A DNA stretch of 64,000 nt from Octopus sinensis (taxonomy: Eukaryota): the NCBI RefSeq assembly GCF_006345805.1, contig NW_021833930.1, forward strand, positions 7,756-71,755, in the 5' to 3' direction. Shown piece by piece: positions 12,660-25,570 of the stretch. Positions within the stretch are counted from its first letter, which is position 1. Every line of letters begins with the position of its first letter. The position numbers were made by a program, and so were the translations under genes. The notes below the pieces were generated by a model that was not told the DNA's origin, did no database searches, and worked only from the letters and a program-made list of their open reading frames with translations.

Positions 12660-12831
12660 CCCCAACAGCAAGGTCATGCTCTGTTTATCTTCACTTGAGA
12701 TCATATCATGCACATATGATTGTGATGCATAAGCCTGTTGTACCCTTATCAGATGGTTAGTCATGACGGGTATATAGGACTTTGTATATTTGTACCCCAG
12801 TGTCACTTTGATTGCATGCGCTGCTCTCTCA
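12660..12831 (-). mobile_element. Element F, partial
   Basis: Shared terminus next to the SINE B (ATT)n tail. Confidence 0.8.
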
Positions 12832-12954
12832 ATAATAGTTATAATAATTATAATAATAATCCTCTCTGCTAAAGGCACAAGGCCTAAAATTTGGTGGGAG
12901 GGGTCCTAATTGATCATATCAACCCCAGTACTCAACTGGTACTTAATTTATTGA

Positions 12955-13187
12955 AGGCGGCAAGCTAGCAGAATCATTAAGACGCCGGGCGGAATGCTTA
13001 GCGGTATTTCGTCTGTCTTTATGTTCTGAGTTCAAATTCCGCCGCGGTCAACTTTGCCTTTCATTCTTTCGAAGTCGATTAAATAAGTACCAGTTACGCA
13101 CTGGGATTGATATAATCGACTTAATCCATTTGTCTGTCCTTGTTTGTCCTCTCTGTGTTTAAGCCCCTTGTGGGTAGTAAAGAAATG
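12955..13187 (+). mobile_element. SINE B nested in an older minus-strand SINE B (12845-13310)
   Basis: 17-bp TSD GGTACTTAATTTATTGA at 12938-12954 and 13188-13204. Confidence 0.92.
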
Positions 13188-13374
13188 GGTACTTAATTTA
13201 TTGACCCCAAAAGGATAGAAGGCAAAGTTAACCTTGGCACAATTTGAAATCAGAACGTAGCGGATGACAAAATACTGCTAAGCATTTCACCCGGTGTGCT
13301 AACAGTTCTTATTTCTCTACTGCCCACAAGGGGCTAAACACAGAGGGGACGAACGACAGACAAACATATATATC

Positions 13375-13592
13375 TTAGTGTGTTTGTGTCAGTGTTTGTC
13401 CCCCACCCACCATTGTTTGACAACTGATGTTGGTGCCTTTACATCCCCATAACTTAGCAGTTTGGCAAAAGAGACCAACAGAATAAGTACCAGACTTACA
13501 AAGATTAAGTCCAGGGGTCAATTTCTTTGACTAAAAGGTGGTGCTCCAGCATGGCCACAGTCAAATGACTGAAACAAGTAAAAGAATAAAAG
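13375..13592 (+). mobile_element. SINE A, 3' half
   Basis: Tail-half homology. Confidence 0.8.
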
Positions 13593-13595
13593 ACT

Positions 13596-13706
13596 ATGTG
13601 CATGTGCGTATATATATACATATATATATATATATATGTATGTATGTATATATGTGTATATGTATATAAATGTGTGTGTGTGTGTGTATATATATGTATA
13701 AATGTG

Positions 13707-13786
<80 letters not shown>

Positions 13787-13939
13787 CATATATGTGTGTG
13801 TGTGTGTGTATATACATATATGTGTGTGTGTGTATATATATATATAATATATATATATGTGTGTGTATATATATATATGTGTGTGTGTGTGTATATATAT
13901 ATGTGTGTGTGTGTGTATATATATATGTGTGTGTGTGTG

Positions 13940-13980
<41 letters not shown>

Positions 13981-14082
13981 GTGTGTGTGTGTGTATATAT
14001 ATATATGTGTGTGTGTGTGTATATATATATGTGTGTGTGTGTATATATTTATGTGTGTGTGTGTGTATATATATATATATAG
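13596..14082. repeat. Compound (TA)n(TG)n microsatellite
   Basis: Direct reading. Confidence 0.95.
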
Positions 14083-14391
14083 CTACTAGAATACTAGAAT
14101 AGCAGATAGCAGGTGAAGACTAGACTAAATCTTGATATCTCTACATGTCAAAGATGTTTGAAGAAAGTCTTAAATTCTAGCCCTGACTGTTTACCCTAAA
14201 GGAACATCTGTGCTTATAACACTAAACAAAACCACATGGTCACAAAGCCATACATGCACCTAGATAGGTGTCAGAAAGTGAAGAAACTATTGAGAGATGT
14301 GAAAATGAAGGAAGAGTAGCTAGTAGGAAAGAGGGAAGATAAACTCTATGAGAAAGGAAAAATTTCATGGCATTATATTTCAAGGGCACCA

Positions 14392-14647
14392 AGGCAGCGA
14401 ATTGACAGAGTCATCACCACATCAGGCAAAATGCTTAGTGGCATTTTGTCTGTGCTTACATTCTGAGTTCAAATTCCGCCAAGGTCGACTTTGTCTTTCG
14501 TCCTTTCAGGGTCAATAAAATAAGTACCAGGTGAGTAATGTGGTCTATGTAATCAACTATCCGCCTCCCAAAATGTTCAGGCCTTGTACCTATAGTAGAA
14601 AGGATTATTATTATTAGTAATATTATTATTATTATTATTATTATTAT
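14392..14647 (+). mobile_element. SINE B, diverged, with (ATT)n tail
   Basis: Head, central domain and tail recognisable. Confidence 0.85.
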
Positions 14648-15187
14648 TGAGTGAGAGAGCAGTGCATGCCATCAAAATATACGAAGCCCAGTATACCCAT
14701 CATGACTACCTGTCTGATAAGGGTACACCAGGCACAAGCATCACAACTATATGTGCGCGACATGGTGATCTCATATCAAGACAAACAACACATGACCTTG
14801 CAGGTGGGGCCCAGTTAGAATTTTCTTCTGGTCGAGTAGCCCATCCTGCTCAAAAGGTCTCTGAATAAGGGTTGTTTAAGGATGTTGAACGAAACATCCA
14901 TGTTTCCAGAGGTGAATTATTCAAACTCCAAAGAATCCCTCTCAACACATGGCTATGATGCTACCCCGCTACTCCTGCTCGTGATCAGAGATGCACATAT
15001 CATCAGCCACTAAGGGACATGCTCAACTGGTTACGGTCAAACAACTGACAAGCAAATCTGTGGTATTGAGTAGAATATTTGCTGTAGCCCATCTTTTATA
15101 CCAAGACAAAACAACGTACATGATAACACTTCCAATCAGTTAAGATCAGAAGCCATGAGAGCCACTGCCTGGTACTGCATCAGGGCA
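14648..15187 (+). mobile_element. Element F, full length (TG...CA) within (ATT)n
   Basis: Flanked by ATT repeats on both sides. Confidence 0.88.
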
Positions 15188-15237
15188 TTTATTTATTTAT
15201 TATATTATTATTATTATTATATTATTATTACAATCGA

Positions 15238-15440
15238 TGCAGTGAGCTGGAAGAATCACTAGCATACTGGGCAAAATGCTTAACTGCTTTTCATCCTTCT
15301 TTACATTCCAAGTTCAAATTCTGCTGAGGTCGACTTTGCCTTTCATCCTTTCAGGGTCGATGAAATAAATACTAGTTGAGCACTGGGGTCGATGTAATTA
15401 ACCATCCCTGTACCCCAATTTTTCATGCCTTGTAGAAACA
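15238..15440 (+). mobile_element. SINE B, diverged
   Basis: Central domain present. Confidence 0.75.
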
Positions 15441-15584
15441 GTCTTAGGGCATCCTGAGGAACAATCTAGATAGATACATAGAGCTTTTGCCGAACTGCTA
15501 AGTTACAGGGACATAAACACACCAACATCAGTTGTTAAGCGATTGTGGTTGGACAAACGCAGACACATAAACATCTACATATAT

Positions 15585-16175
15585 TTGTGCTGGTAGCACG
15601 TAAAAAGCACCATTTGAGCATGATTGTTACCAGCGTCCCCTTACTGGCACGTGAAAAACATTCAAGTGAGGTCATTGCCAGTGCCGCTGGACTGGATCCT
15701 GTGCAGGTGGCACATAAAAAACACCACCTAAGTGTGGCCGTTGCCAGTACCACCTGACTGGTCCTTGTGCCGGTAGCACATAAAAGCACCCACTACACTC
15801 TCCCTGTGGTTGACGTTAGGAAGGGCATCCAGCTGTAAAAACTGTCACATCAGATTCGAGCCTGGTGCAGCCATCTGGTTCGCCAGTCCTCAGTCAAATC
15901 GTCCAACCCATGCTAGCATGGAAAGCGGACGTTAAATGATGAGGAGGTATGAGGTATATATACATACAAACATATATACACCATACTGTCTGAGGGTGTA
16001 TATTCATGTGACCAGGGACCACATGTGAACTTGTTCTCTGACTGAAATGACAGAACATGAACTCTTCATCCCAGCATTGGAGTCTGGTGCAGCCATCTGG
16101 TTCGCCAGTCCTCAGTCAAATCGTCCAACCCATGCTAGCATGGAAAGCGGACGTTAAACGATGATGATGATGATG
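15585..16175 (+). mobile_element. Family D retroposon with (GAT)n tail, plus a duplicated 3' end at 16075-16175
   Basis: ttaggaagggcatccagctg ... catgctagcatggaaagcggacgttaaacgatgatg. The middle motif resembles RTE-UTR/Ceph-type domains (recalled, unverified). Confidence 0.8.
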
Positions 16176-16656
16176 AGTAGCTCAGTGTAACTTAGTGGTT
16201 TGGCAAAAGAAATCAATTGAATAAAAGGTTTAAGAAATAAATACTAAGGTTAATTTCTATGAATGTATAACTGTTATGTTTCCAGTCATTTCATTTTCCT
16301 GCCCCAGTTTTTTTATTCTCTGGGTACTGAGTGGGCTACAGTTAGTGGGTCTCTTTCAACTGGTGATATGCCCTCCCTATATACATTTTCTAGTTGCTTG
16401 TATCCTTATGGATTGTTCTTGGGTTACCATTATAGTGCCTTCTGTGATATTTTTTTGCATCTACTTTTCCTTCTTGGTGCTTCTGTACATGGTGTTCCTG
16501 AATATAATCCTTTCTGCTATAGGCACAAGGCCTGAAACTTTGGGGGGAGGGGACAGTCGAATACATCGACCCCAGCACTCGACAGGTACTTATTTTATCA
16601 ACTCTGAAAGAACAAAAGGCAAAGTCAACCTTGGCAGAATTTAAGCTCAGAATATA

Positions 16657-16849
16657 CTCTTTTACTTGTTTCAGTCATTTGACTGCGGCCATGCTGGAGC
16701 ACCGCCTTTAATCGAGCAACTCGACCCCGGGACTTATTCTTTGTAAGCCCAGTACTTATTCTATCGGTCTCTTTTGCCGAACCACTAAGTTACAGGGATG
16801 TAAACACACCAGCATCAGTTGTCAAGCAATACTAGGGGGACAATCACAG

Positions 16850-16884
<35 letters not shown>

Positions 16885-17057
16885 CACATATATACGACAG
16901 GCTTCTTTCAGTTTCCGTCTGCCAAATCCACTCACAAGGCATTGGTCGGCCCGAGGCTATAGCAGAAGACACTTGCCCAAGATGCCACGCAGTGGGACTG
17001 AACCCGGGACCATGTGGTTGGTTAGCAAGCTACTTACCACACAGCCACTCCTGCGCC
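16657..17057 (-). mobile_element. SINE A, full length
   Basis: Reverse complement of the A consensus. Confidence 0.92.
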
Positions 17058-17059
17058 TA

Positions 17060-17350
17060 TAAAGTACGGACAAAATACTGCTAAGTATTTTTCCTGGTTT
17101 GCTAAGAATCCTGCCAGCTTACCACCTTAATAATAATCTTTCCTACTATAAGTGCAAGACCTGAAATTTTAGGGGAGGGGGCTAGTTGATTACATTGACC
17201 CCGGTACTCAACTGGTACTTAATTTATCGACCCTGAAACAGTGAAAGGCAAAGTTGACCTTGGGGGAATTTGAACTCAGAACATAGTGACAGGCAAAATA
17301 CCACTAAACATTTCATCCAGCGTGCTAATGATTCTGCTAGCTCACTGCCT
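17060..17350 (-). mobile_element. SINE B
   Basis: B motifs on the minus strand. Confidence 0.8.
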
Positions 17351-17384
17351 TAATAAGGATAATAATAATAATAATCCTCTCTAC

Positions 17385-17537
17385 TATAGTATTGGATTGG
17401 TAGATGGAAACTGAAAGAACCCCATCGTGTATGTATGTATATATATATATATCCTCCTTCTTTCCTGAGCGTCCAATAATACTATATTTGTTCCACGTCC
17501 TCACGTTGTGTTTTTTTGTGTTTTCTTGTTTGAATTA

Positions 17538-17576
<39 letters not shown>

Positions 17577-17782
17577 ATATGTATGAATATATGTATGTAT
17601 GTGTGTGTATATGTTTGTCCTCACCAGCATTGCTTGACAACCGATGCCAGTGTGTTTACGTCCCCATAACAGAACAAGTACTAGGCTTACTAAGAATAAG
17701 TCCTGGGGTCGATTTGCTCGACTAAAGGCGGTGCTCCAGCTTGGCCACAGTCAAATGACTGCAAAAAGTAAAAGAAAAAGAG
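17385..17782 (+). mobile_element. SINE A (5'-truncated), interrupted by a Penelope-like end fragment at ~17455-17545
   Basis: A tail intact; the insert resembles the 3' end of the P1 family. Confidence 0.7.
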
Positions 17783-18021
17783 TAAACACATACATTAGAT
17801 GTGTAATAATTCAATTGCATATTATGCACTTAGTTATGCATGTCATCCACTGGTCTGAGGGAAAACTGTTTTGTCTGAGACCAACCCAAAGGTTGGGAAT
17901 TGCAGCTGCAGATCACCCATATGTCATAGACTGAGCCCAAGTTATTACAATTGATCAGGTATAACTTTTACAGCACAGGAAAATCCAAAACAGACAAAGA
18001 ACTGGAGCGTTCAAGACCAAA

Positions 18022-18423
18022 TCTCTATATATATAAAACTGAAGTTGTCTGTCTGTATGTGGCAGGTTTGGTAGCCTTCAACTAACATTATCTACTCCAA
18101 GACCCTGCGGCGCAAGTTGACCAAAATTGAGAGTATGATAGAGGAAGGCTTGCTCTTCCTTCCGTAGAAGATGAAATTCAAATCGGACCATGTTAACACC
18201 AAAATTTATTTACATCAAAAAAGTGCTTTTTTTTTCTATGAAAATCCCTATTTTTTTAATGATTTTTTTACTGTTGTGTCGCCTTTTTTTCGGTGTATTT
18301 CAACCAGAAAAATGTTCACTTAAAGAGAATAACAAGCTAGATAATGCAAAATTTTTACTTTTCAAAAATTCCAATTCTAAAGGGGTCAAAACAAACCCAA
18401 GCAACGCCGGGCAATACTACTAG
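18022..18423 (+). mobile_element. Non-autonomous Helitron
   Basis: A|TC start, cccaagcaacgccggg hairpin, CTAG|T end; inserted between A and T with no TSD. Confidence 0.85.
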
Positions 18424-18834
18424 TATCATGTATACAGTGTGACTGGAAATTTCTCTCTGTCTCTATATTTCAATTGTTTTTTCCAACTCCACTCACTCTC
18501 TCCCCTTCTCTCTTTCTCTATACATATATAACTGTATAAAATAAGATATATTACATACATACATACATACAAGCATTTCTAAATGTAAGTGAATTTACAT
18601 GTATAATTCAAATAAAGCATGTCTTGCTTCAGAAACACAAATGATTGTTTTAAGTAACATCAGAAGACGTGATAGCAATCAAAAATGTACCGACATGAAA
18701 CAAGGCTGGCAACAATATTGTCAAGCGTATCAATGAATCTACTTATATGTAAATAGAACTCTATATTCAGCATTATCTTCTTTCATAATAGTAAATTGAT
18801 ATGATTACCAGATAAGAATATGTATGCGCAAATA

Positions 18835-18854
18835 TAAATATGTATGTATGCATG

Positions 18855-18887
<33 letters not shown>

Positions 18888-18915
18888 ATATACCTATAAA
18901 TATATACATATACAC

Positions 18916-18946
<31 letters not shown>

Positions 18947-19049
18947 TATATATATATACACATGTATGTATATACCTATAAATATATACACATACACACA
19001 TATATATATATATACACATGTATGTATATACCTATAAATATATACATAT

Positions 19050-19082
<33 letters not shown>

Positions 19083-19217
19083 CACATGTATGTATATACC
19101 TATAAATATATACACATATATATATTATATATACACATATATAAACGTGTAAATAATATATTCATATACATATAGATATGCATATATACATATGTATATT
19201 TGCATCTGTGTATATGC

Positions 19218-19260
<43 letters not shown>
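18835..19260. repeat. (TA/CA)n tract with a ~65-bp higher-order unit (catgtatgtatatacctataaatatata)
   Basis: The unit recurs four times. Confidence 0.85.
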
Positions 19261-19272
19261 GAGAGAGAGAGA

Positions 19273-20134
19273 GAGGGTGCGATGAGTAAATTGTCGCCAT
19301 TTTATATTTTTGTTATTTCACGCATGCACATTGTTTATTTTTGATGTTGCCGACTACACAGTATAGTAGGGTCCGTTAGGCACCGTCTGTTTGAAAAAAC
19401 AGCACCATGATGCAATTCAAATTCACTCTGCCAGAAATTCGGAAACGACATGATATATTGCTTGACATTTGTATCGGGAGCGCCAATACGAACATTTCAA
19501 AGTGTTTGGGTGTCAATCTGAGGACATGTACCAAGAGTGATAAAAATCAAACATCCAGTCAACTTTATGGGTGTTTGGCGTGATCACTAGTGATGGTGAC
19601 GTTATGCCTCCATTCATCTTCCCACACAGCCCCAGACTGAACATGGAGGCCTTCATCAAGTGCCTGGAGGAGGTAGTGCTACCCTGGATGAAGATGTTTG
19701 CTAGAAGACTCTCCATGTCTGGCAATAGGACTCTGCACCATGTCACACAAGCATGAGGACCCAGTCATGGATGTCAGACTATTTCTGCGAGCACATCACC
19801 TTTAACATCTAACCACCTAACTCCCCAGACTGCAATCTCCTTGATTATTACGTGTAGGGTACAGTTGAGAGGGAGACCAATAAAATTCCTTGTAACCCCC
19901 AAAAATGAACCTAAGGCAAGAATTATGGCAGCATTCACCAACTTAAACAAGGGGACCGTCCAGAAGAGTTGCAGGAGATTCCGAAGTCGTCTAGAGGCCG
20001 TGATTAAAGCCAATGGCGATTTTATTGAATAAATTTACACTCCAGTATTTCAAGATATTTTTTTAATGTAATTTAGATAAATATATCTGTTAAATTTAGA
20101 TGTCAGGGTAATTTTCCTTTTCGCGTAATTTAGA
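19273..20134 (+). mobile_element. Internally deleted Tc1/mariner DD37D (maT-type) element; transposase pseudogene at 19553-20032
   Basis: Translates as ...PPFIFPH...VWQ*DSAPCHT...PPNSPDCNLLDY...RRFRSRLEAVIKANGDFIE. 37 residues lie between the two Asp residues. Stops are present and the 3' TIR was not found. Confidence 0.88.
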
Positions 20135-20151
20135 CTAGTGTTACTCAAAGT

Positions 20152-20307
20152 GATGGTCCGCAGACGGTTGCCGCTCCGTGAACCATCAGCGATGGTCCGC
20201 AGACGGTTGCCGCTCCGTGAACCATCAGCGATGGTCCGCAGACGGTTGCCGCTCCGTGAACCATCAGCGATGGTCCGCAGACGGTTGCCGCTCCGTGAAC
20301 CATCAGC
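20152..20307. repeat. Four identical 39-bp GC-rich tandem units, each an imperfect hairpin
   Basis: (gatggtccgcagacggttgccgctccgtgaaccatcagc)x4; 25/39 GC. Confidence 0.97.
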
Positions 20308-20772
20308 TGCTGGTACGCTGCGAGTTTCCAGAAAAGAAACATTATAAAATGTTTATGTAATATTGTATTATTTGTTTACAAAATAAATATAGGATAAAAA
20401 TTGTCGAAATAACACAAGGGCACTGAAATTTTGTGTCTAAAGTCCATCTGGTGACGTTGATCGCCTGGGGCTAAAAGCATCAGTAACACCCCACCCCCAG
20501 TGGCTAGCCACATTCAGATGGCTAGTACACCTTACGTTTATATATATTGTTTCCGATATAAATTAATATTACTAGGAAATATTATCGGTCCTTGGCACAC
20601 AGGAAAAAACGAATAATGCCGGTACGCCAGATCAGATAGTTTGAGTCGCACTGATTTAGACGACAGTTTATTCCCTGCACCGTGTATAAGGTTCAAATGT
20701 ACAAAAGACAAAAGAAAATGACAGGTGAGGGAACAGGTGTATCGGTTAGACACTTGGGGAAGAATGGAAAAG

Positions 20773-20808
20773 TCTTTGACGTTTCGAGCCTACACTCTTT
20801 GACAGAAA
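20773..20808 (-). ncRNA. Decayed hammerhead-like motif (P1-related)
   Basis: ttt-CTGTCAA-a-gagt(gtag)gctc-GAAAC-GTC-aaag. Confidence 0.4.
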
Positions 20809-20918
20809 TGGTTGAGAGGAAAAGAAAATGCGTCGGGATTAACGGTTCCGCATGATGAATATATATATATATAATATTATATATATATATAATAATATAT
20901 ATATATATATATATACAC

Positions 20919-21043
20919 ACTTTATAATTAGGGTTCAGCAAAGATTTGCTTAAAGTAGAAGAAATAGCTAAGGTTTTTTGGCTGCTATTTCTAAACTTCG
21001 GTATGTGGTAAAGCAAATCTTTGCTGAACCCTAATTATAAAGT
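20919..21043. repeat. Perfect 33-bp inverted repeat with 59-nt spacer
   Basis: 20919-20951 is the exact reverse complement of 21011-21043. Confidence 0.95.
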
Positions 21044-21313
21044 ATTACTTAAGTTTACCGTGAAATGGTCCTTTTTCATGCCGAATTCTACTTGGTGAAA
21101 TTATTGATTACTTCTTAATAAATTAGTTTTACCTTTGTTATTATATATATATACACATACGTACATATTCCATCAAAACAATATATATATATATTATATA
21201 TATATATATATACACACACACATTCCATTAAAAACTATATGTGTGTGTGTATACACACATATCTGTATAAAATATATGTACATATACGCACGTAAGACAT
21301 ATATAATATACAT

Positions 21314-21364
<51 letters not shown>

Positions 21365-21673
21365 ATATATATTGTGTGTGTGTGTACAGATATGTGCCAA
21401 TGTTTGTACAGATATTGTTGTAAACATATTTGTGTATATATACAGACACACACATATATTCGAATAACTGGTTCATTCCACATGGATGTATTAATGCCAT
21501 TTGCACATTCCCCTATAATCCATTGTTTGTAGAATATGAAAACATACAGAACGGTAACCTTTTGTAGAACACAGGCAGTGCCAACATCTCGCACTGAGTG
21601 AGAAAAATTCCAAGTACCGTAAACGACTCATGATTCACCCATCTTCTTCCATACATATTCATGTGGGTGTGTG

Positions 21674-21713
<40 letters not shown>

Positions 21714-22100
21714 GTGTGTGTGTGTGTGTGTGTATTATATATACACAGACATACTCACACAGCATGTGCACGTGTTGGTGTAAATTCAATATTTCCTAAG
21801 AAGAAATTGACTTACACATACAACATAGATGGCTCTTGTAATTTGACAATTAGTGATAAAGGCAGATAATTGGGGCTAATTGATTGTCAAGCAAAACTCA
21901 TTGAAGTGTGTATTTGTGATATACATATTTATTTATATATATGTGTGTGTGTTGTGTTGTGTGTTAGTTTTATAAATATTAACGTGTAACCAGTTTAGCT
22001 TTAAAAAAAACCCTTTGAAAGACAAAAAGTCGAGGGGTGTCGATGGGACACAAATCCATTTCTTGTGCAGGACGTAAACAATATACACGTACACACACAG

Positions 22101-22135
<35 letters not shown>

Positions 22136-22732
22136 CATACATAGAGAGAGAGAGAGAGAGATACTGTAGTACTACGTTTAGAGACTTAATTCATTATATC
22201 GACGTCCACCCACCCGAAACCTAACCATTTTATCTTGTTCTTCAGTAGTTATCTTCAATACTGTTATTCTTGTGTGTTAACACAGTTTATAAATCACAAT
22301 ATTTGCGGTATTTATGCAAAGAGGTATATATATATTTTCATTGCGACATTTTAGCTATTTAATCATATATTTGTACCTTTGAAATAAATAAGACCATTAT
22401 TATTATTGTTCATTCCATCTCTGGCAAGAATTTCTCTTCTACTGAATTAATTCGGTTATGGGAATGATAATGTTAAAAAGGGCAGTTTAATTTTGGCATG
22501 AGGAATATGAGAAAATGTTGAGGCTGAAATGGTAAGTGGAACGGGTGAGAAAGAGATGAATAGAAAATGAAAAGACAAGAGGAGTCAGCAGAACATGAGA
22601 ATATATCTGTGTGTGTGTGTGTGTGTGTGTCGCTATTTCGAAATGAAAATGTCTTCGAGAAAGAGTAAAAAAAAAAGAGAGAGATCGGAATATGCGCGTG
22701 TTTATGATGCTTGTGTGTATTTAGACATGTAT

Positions 22733-22765
<33 letters not shown>

Positions 22766-22794
22766 CACATGTATACATGGTTTGGGAGACTCTT

Positions 22795-22995
22795 CTTATA
22801 GTAGGAGAAATAGCTAAATTCTTTGGCTGCTATTTCTAAAAAGTTCGGTGTGTGGTAAAGTAAATTATTTTGCTGAACCCTAATTATATAAAGTAATGTT
22901 TTAAATATACCGTAAATGGTCTTTTTACATACTGAACACTGCTTGGTAAAATTATTAATTACTAATTAATTAATTTTACCCTTATTATTATTGAC
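22795..22995 (+). repeat. Second copy of the repeat at 20955-21140
   Basis: agaaatagctaa...ttggctgctatttct...gctgaaccctaattata shared. Confidence 0.75.
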
Positions 22996-24810
22996 TATAT
23001 ATATATATACATTCATAAATACATGATTATGTATGTATACTTATGAATACGTATGTGCATCCTTGGGTAATTTGAATCAGCATCATTAAATGCAGCAGCT
23101 TACATTTTATCAAAATAATAATAATAAACCTCATCTTTTCATTGAAACGTTTTAGAAATACAAACTAATAATATACGAGGTTTAAGAAGACCCTTTATCG
23201 AAGGGAACTCATCAACTAATCAAAGAATAAAACCTCGAAGAAAGAAAATATACATATAAATATAGGTACAACATTATTTTATAATATAAAAGTGAACGGT
23301 TCCGAGTAAATATGTTATAAATTGTTGACAAGGTGTAAGTAATTATAATTCATTTTTTTTTTAATTTCCTCGACTTAGAACTTATGTAAAAAGCTGGTGG
23401 GTTTTAGGGGGTTTCATTTTTATTCGGGTCAAACTTATATATCGAATCGTTGAGTCACTATTTAGTGATGTGGTTATTATTAAATAATTGAACTCGATAA
23501 TACAGACACGAATGCAATAAAATATGCTTCTTCAACACTGGCACGAGGCCACACATTTTGAGAGAAAGCGAAGATGTACAGTCGCTTTATAAATCGACCT
23601 AGAATCTGACTGATAAAATAAAACATCGTAAAATAATATAATAAACCTTGGATAATACTTACATGACAAGTGGGTAATACTACAACAGTCCTCTGGCGGG
23701 CAAATATTAATCGAAGAGGGTCGCTTAAAAGCACAAAGGTAAAAACAAACCATCGAATGCCGTGCATAATTTCTGGTGATGTTTTTTAATGTTTAAAGTG
23801 TTTTTCGTTTTGTCTTAGACAAGGTACAAAACACCTGAAGAGGGTCATCAACGTTGATGGCGGTAGGCAGTGTAATCAAGACGAATAAAACGGGAAAACG
23901 ATGAAGATAATAAAGATAAACGATCAAGAGATTAACTTGGTGTTAGAGCTTAAGGGGTGTGAGACGATCCTGATGGATTATAAAACAATAGCAATTAACA
24001 ACAAGGAGGGAACAACGATGGTCTTTCACATTTCTTGTGTCAGTTGTTTATGACCATCATAACGGTATAATTAGAAAACGAGATAATCCCCGTGTAAGGT
24101 AAACAACCGTTCACTTTCTCTATTGAGAAAAACAGAAAAAAGAAAATCCCAGGTGCTTAATTAACGATAGCAACACAGCTCCTTCTCAGAATATACACAA
24201 TTTTATACACTATATATGTGTGTATACACAGATAAGACTAGCTATACTGTGTATATAATTGACTGAATGTACGTGATACACTTTCAGGAACGGTCTACTA
24301 GCTCTCGCTCTCTCTCCAAGACTGGCCTACACTGCTCCGTTTATATCAAGTCAAAGCACATCGCTCACAAGCTGTCACCCTCCCCTTCCTTTCCTCTCAT
24401 TATTTTTCTACCTGCTTCCTCCCCTTCTCTTTCCTTCTTTCCCTATATATTTCACTATATCTCATTCCGAATGTCTGTTTCTCTCACACACTCTCTCTTT
24501 ATCTATCTATCTATCTATCTATCTAGCTGCAATTATACCCTCTCTCTCTTCGTTTTCTATTCACTCTTTCTCTCGCTTTTTACTATATTCCCTCCGCTTG
24601 CGTATCTCTCTCTTTCTCTCTCTCAAACTCTCTATCTATCTATAAATGTGTGTCTCTAGCTTAACCATCACATCTGTATTGCATTCCTACTACTACTACT
24701 ATTACTACTCCTACTACTACTGTAGTACTTCATTTTCTCTTTCTCTAGTGATAGCCCACCCTTTTCCTCCGTGTTGTACTCTTACTTTCTTCCCCCTCTC
24801 TCTCTTTCTC

Positions 24811-24873
<63 letters not shown>

Positions 24874-24927
24874 GTGTGCAGCCCTGTGTGGCTAATAAAG
24901 AAACATATCTATCTATCTATCTATCTA

Positions 24928-24962
<35 letters not shown>

Positions 24963-25093
24963 CAGAAACTGAAATATAAATTAGAGATGAAACCCCTATT
25001 ATGCAACTCAAACAGTGATAGACATAAACCAAAACATAAATATCCAATATATATATAATAATAATTTTTTTAAATAACTTATAGCTAGATCTA

Positions 25094-25370
25094 GTGGAGG
25101 CGCAATGGCCCTGTGGTTAGAGCAGCGGACTCGCGGTCGTAGGATCGCGGTTTCGATTCCCAGACCGGGCGTTGTCAGTGTTTATTGAACGAAAACACCT
25201 AAAAGCTCCACGAGGCTCTGGCAGGGATGGTGGTGATCCCTGCTGTACTCTTTCACCACAACTTTCTCTCACTCTTACTTCTTGTTTCTGTTGTACCTGT
25301 ATTTCATATGCATCTATGCATGCAAGTATGTATGCATGTATGTATGTATGCATGCATGTATGTATATATT

Positions 25371-25401
<31 letters not shown>

Positions 25402-25570
25402 CCGTGTTTGTCCACCCACCATCACTTGACAACAGATGTTAGTGTGTTTGCGTCCCCGTAACTTAGCGGTTCAGCAAAAGAGACTGATAGAATAAGTCCT
25501 GGGGTCGATTTGTTCAACTAAAGGCGGTGCTCCAGCATGGCCGCAGTTTATATGACTGAAACAAGTTAAA
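25094..25570 (+). mobile_element. SINE C 5' part (25094-25308) joined through a microsatellite to a SINE A 3' half
   Basis: tRNA-like head gtggaggcgcaatggccc...ggtttcgattccc, followed by the A tail. Confidence 0.8.

Noticed and set aside
20152-20307. CRISPR-like array or 13-aa repeat protein
   Set aside because: Units are contiguous with no unique spacers and the context is eukaryotic. Open frames follow trivially from the 39-bp period.
21533-21553. 21-nt microexon (..YENIQN..) with AG/GT borders
   Set aside because: Weak donor and no supporting neighbouring exons; expected by chance in 64 kb.
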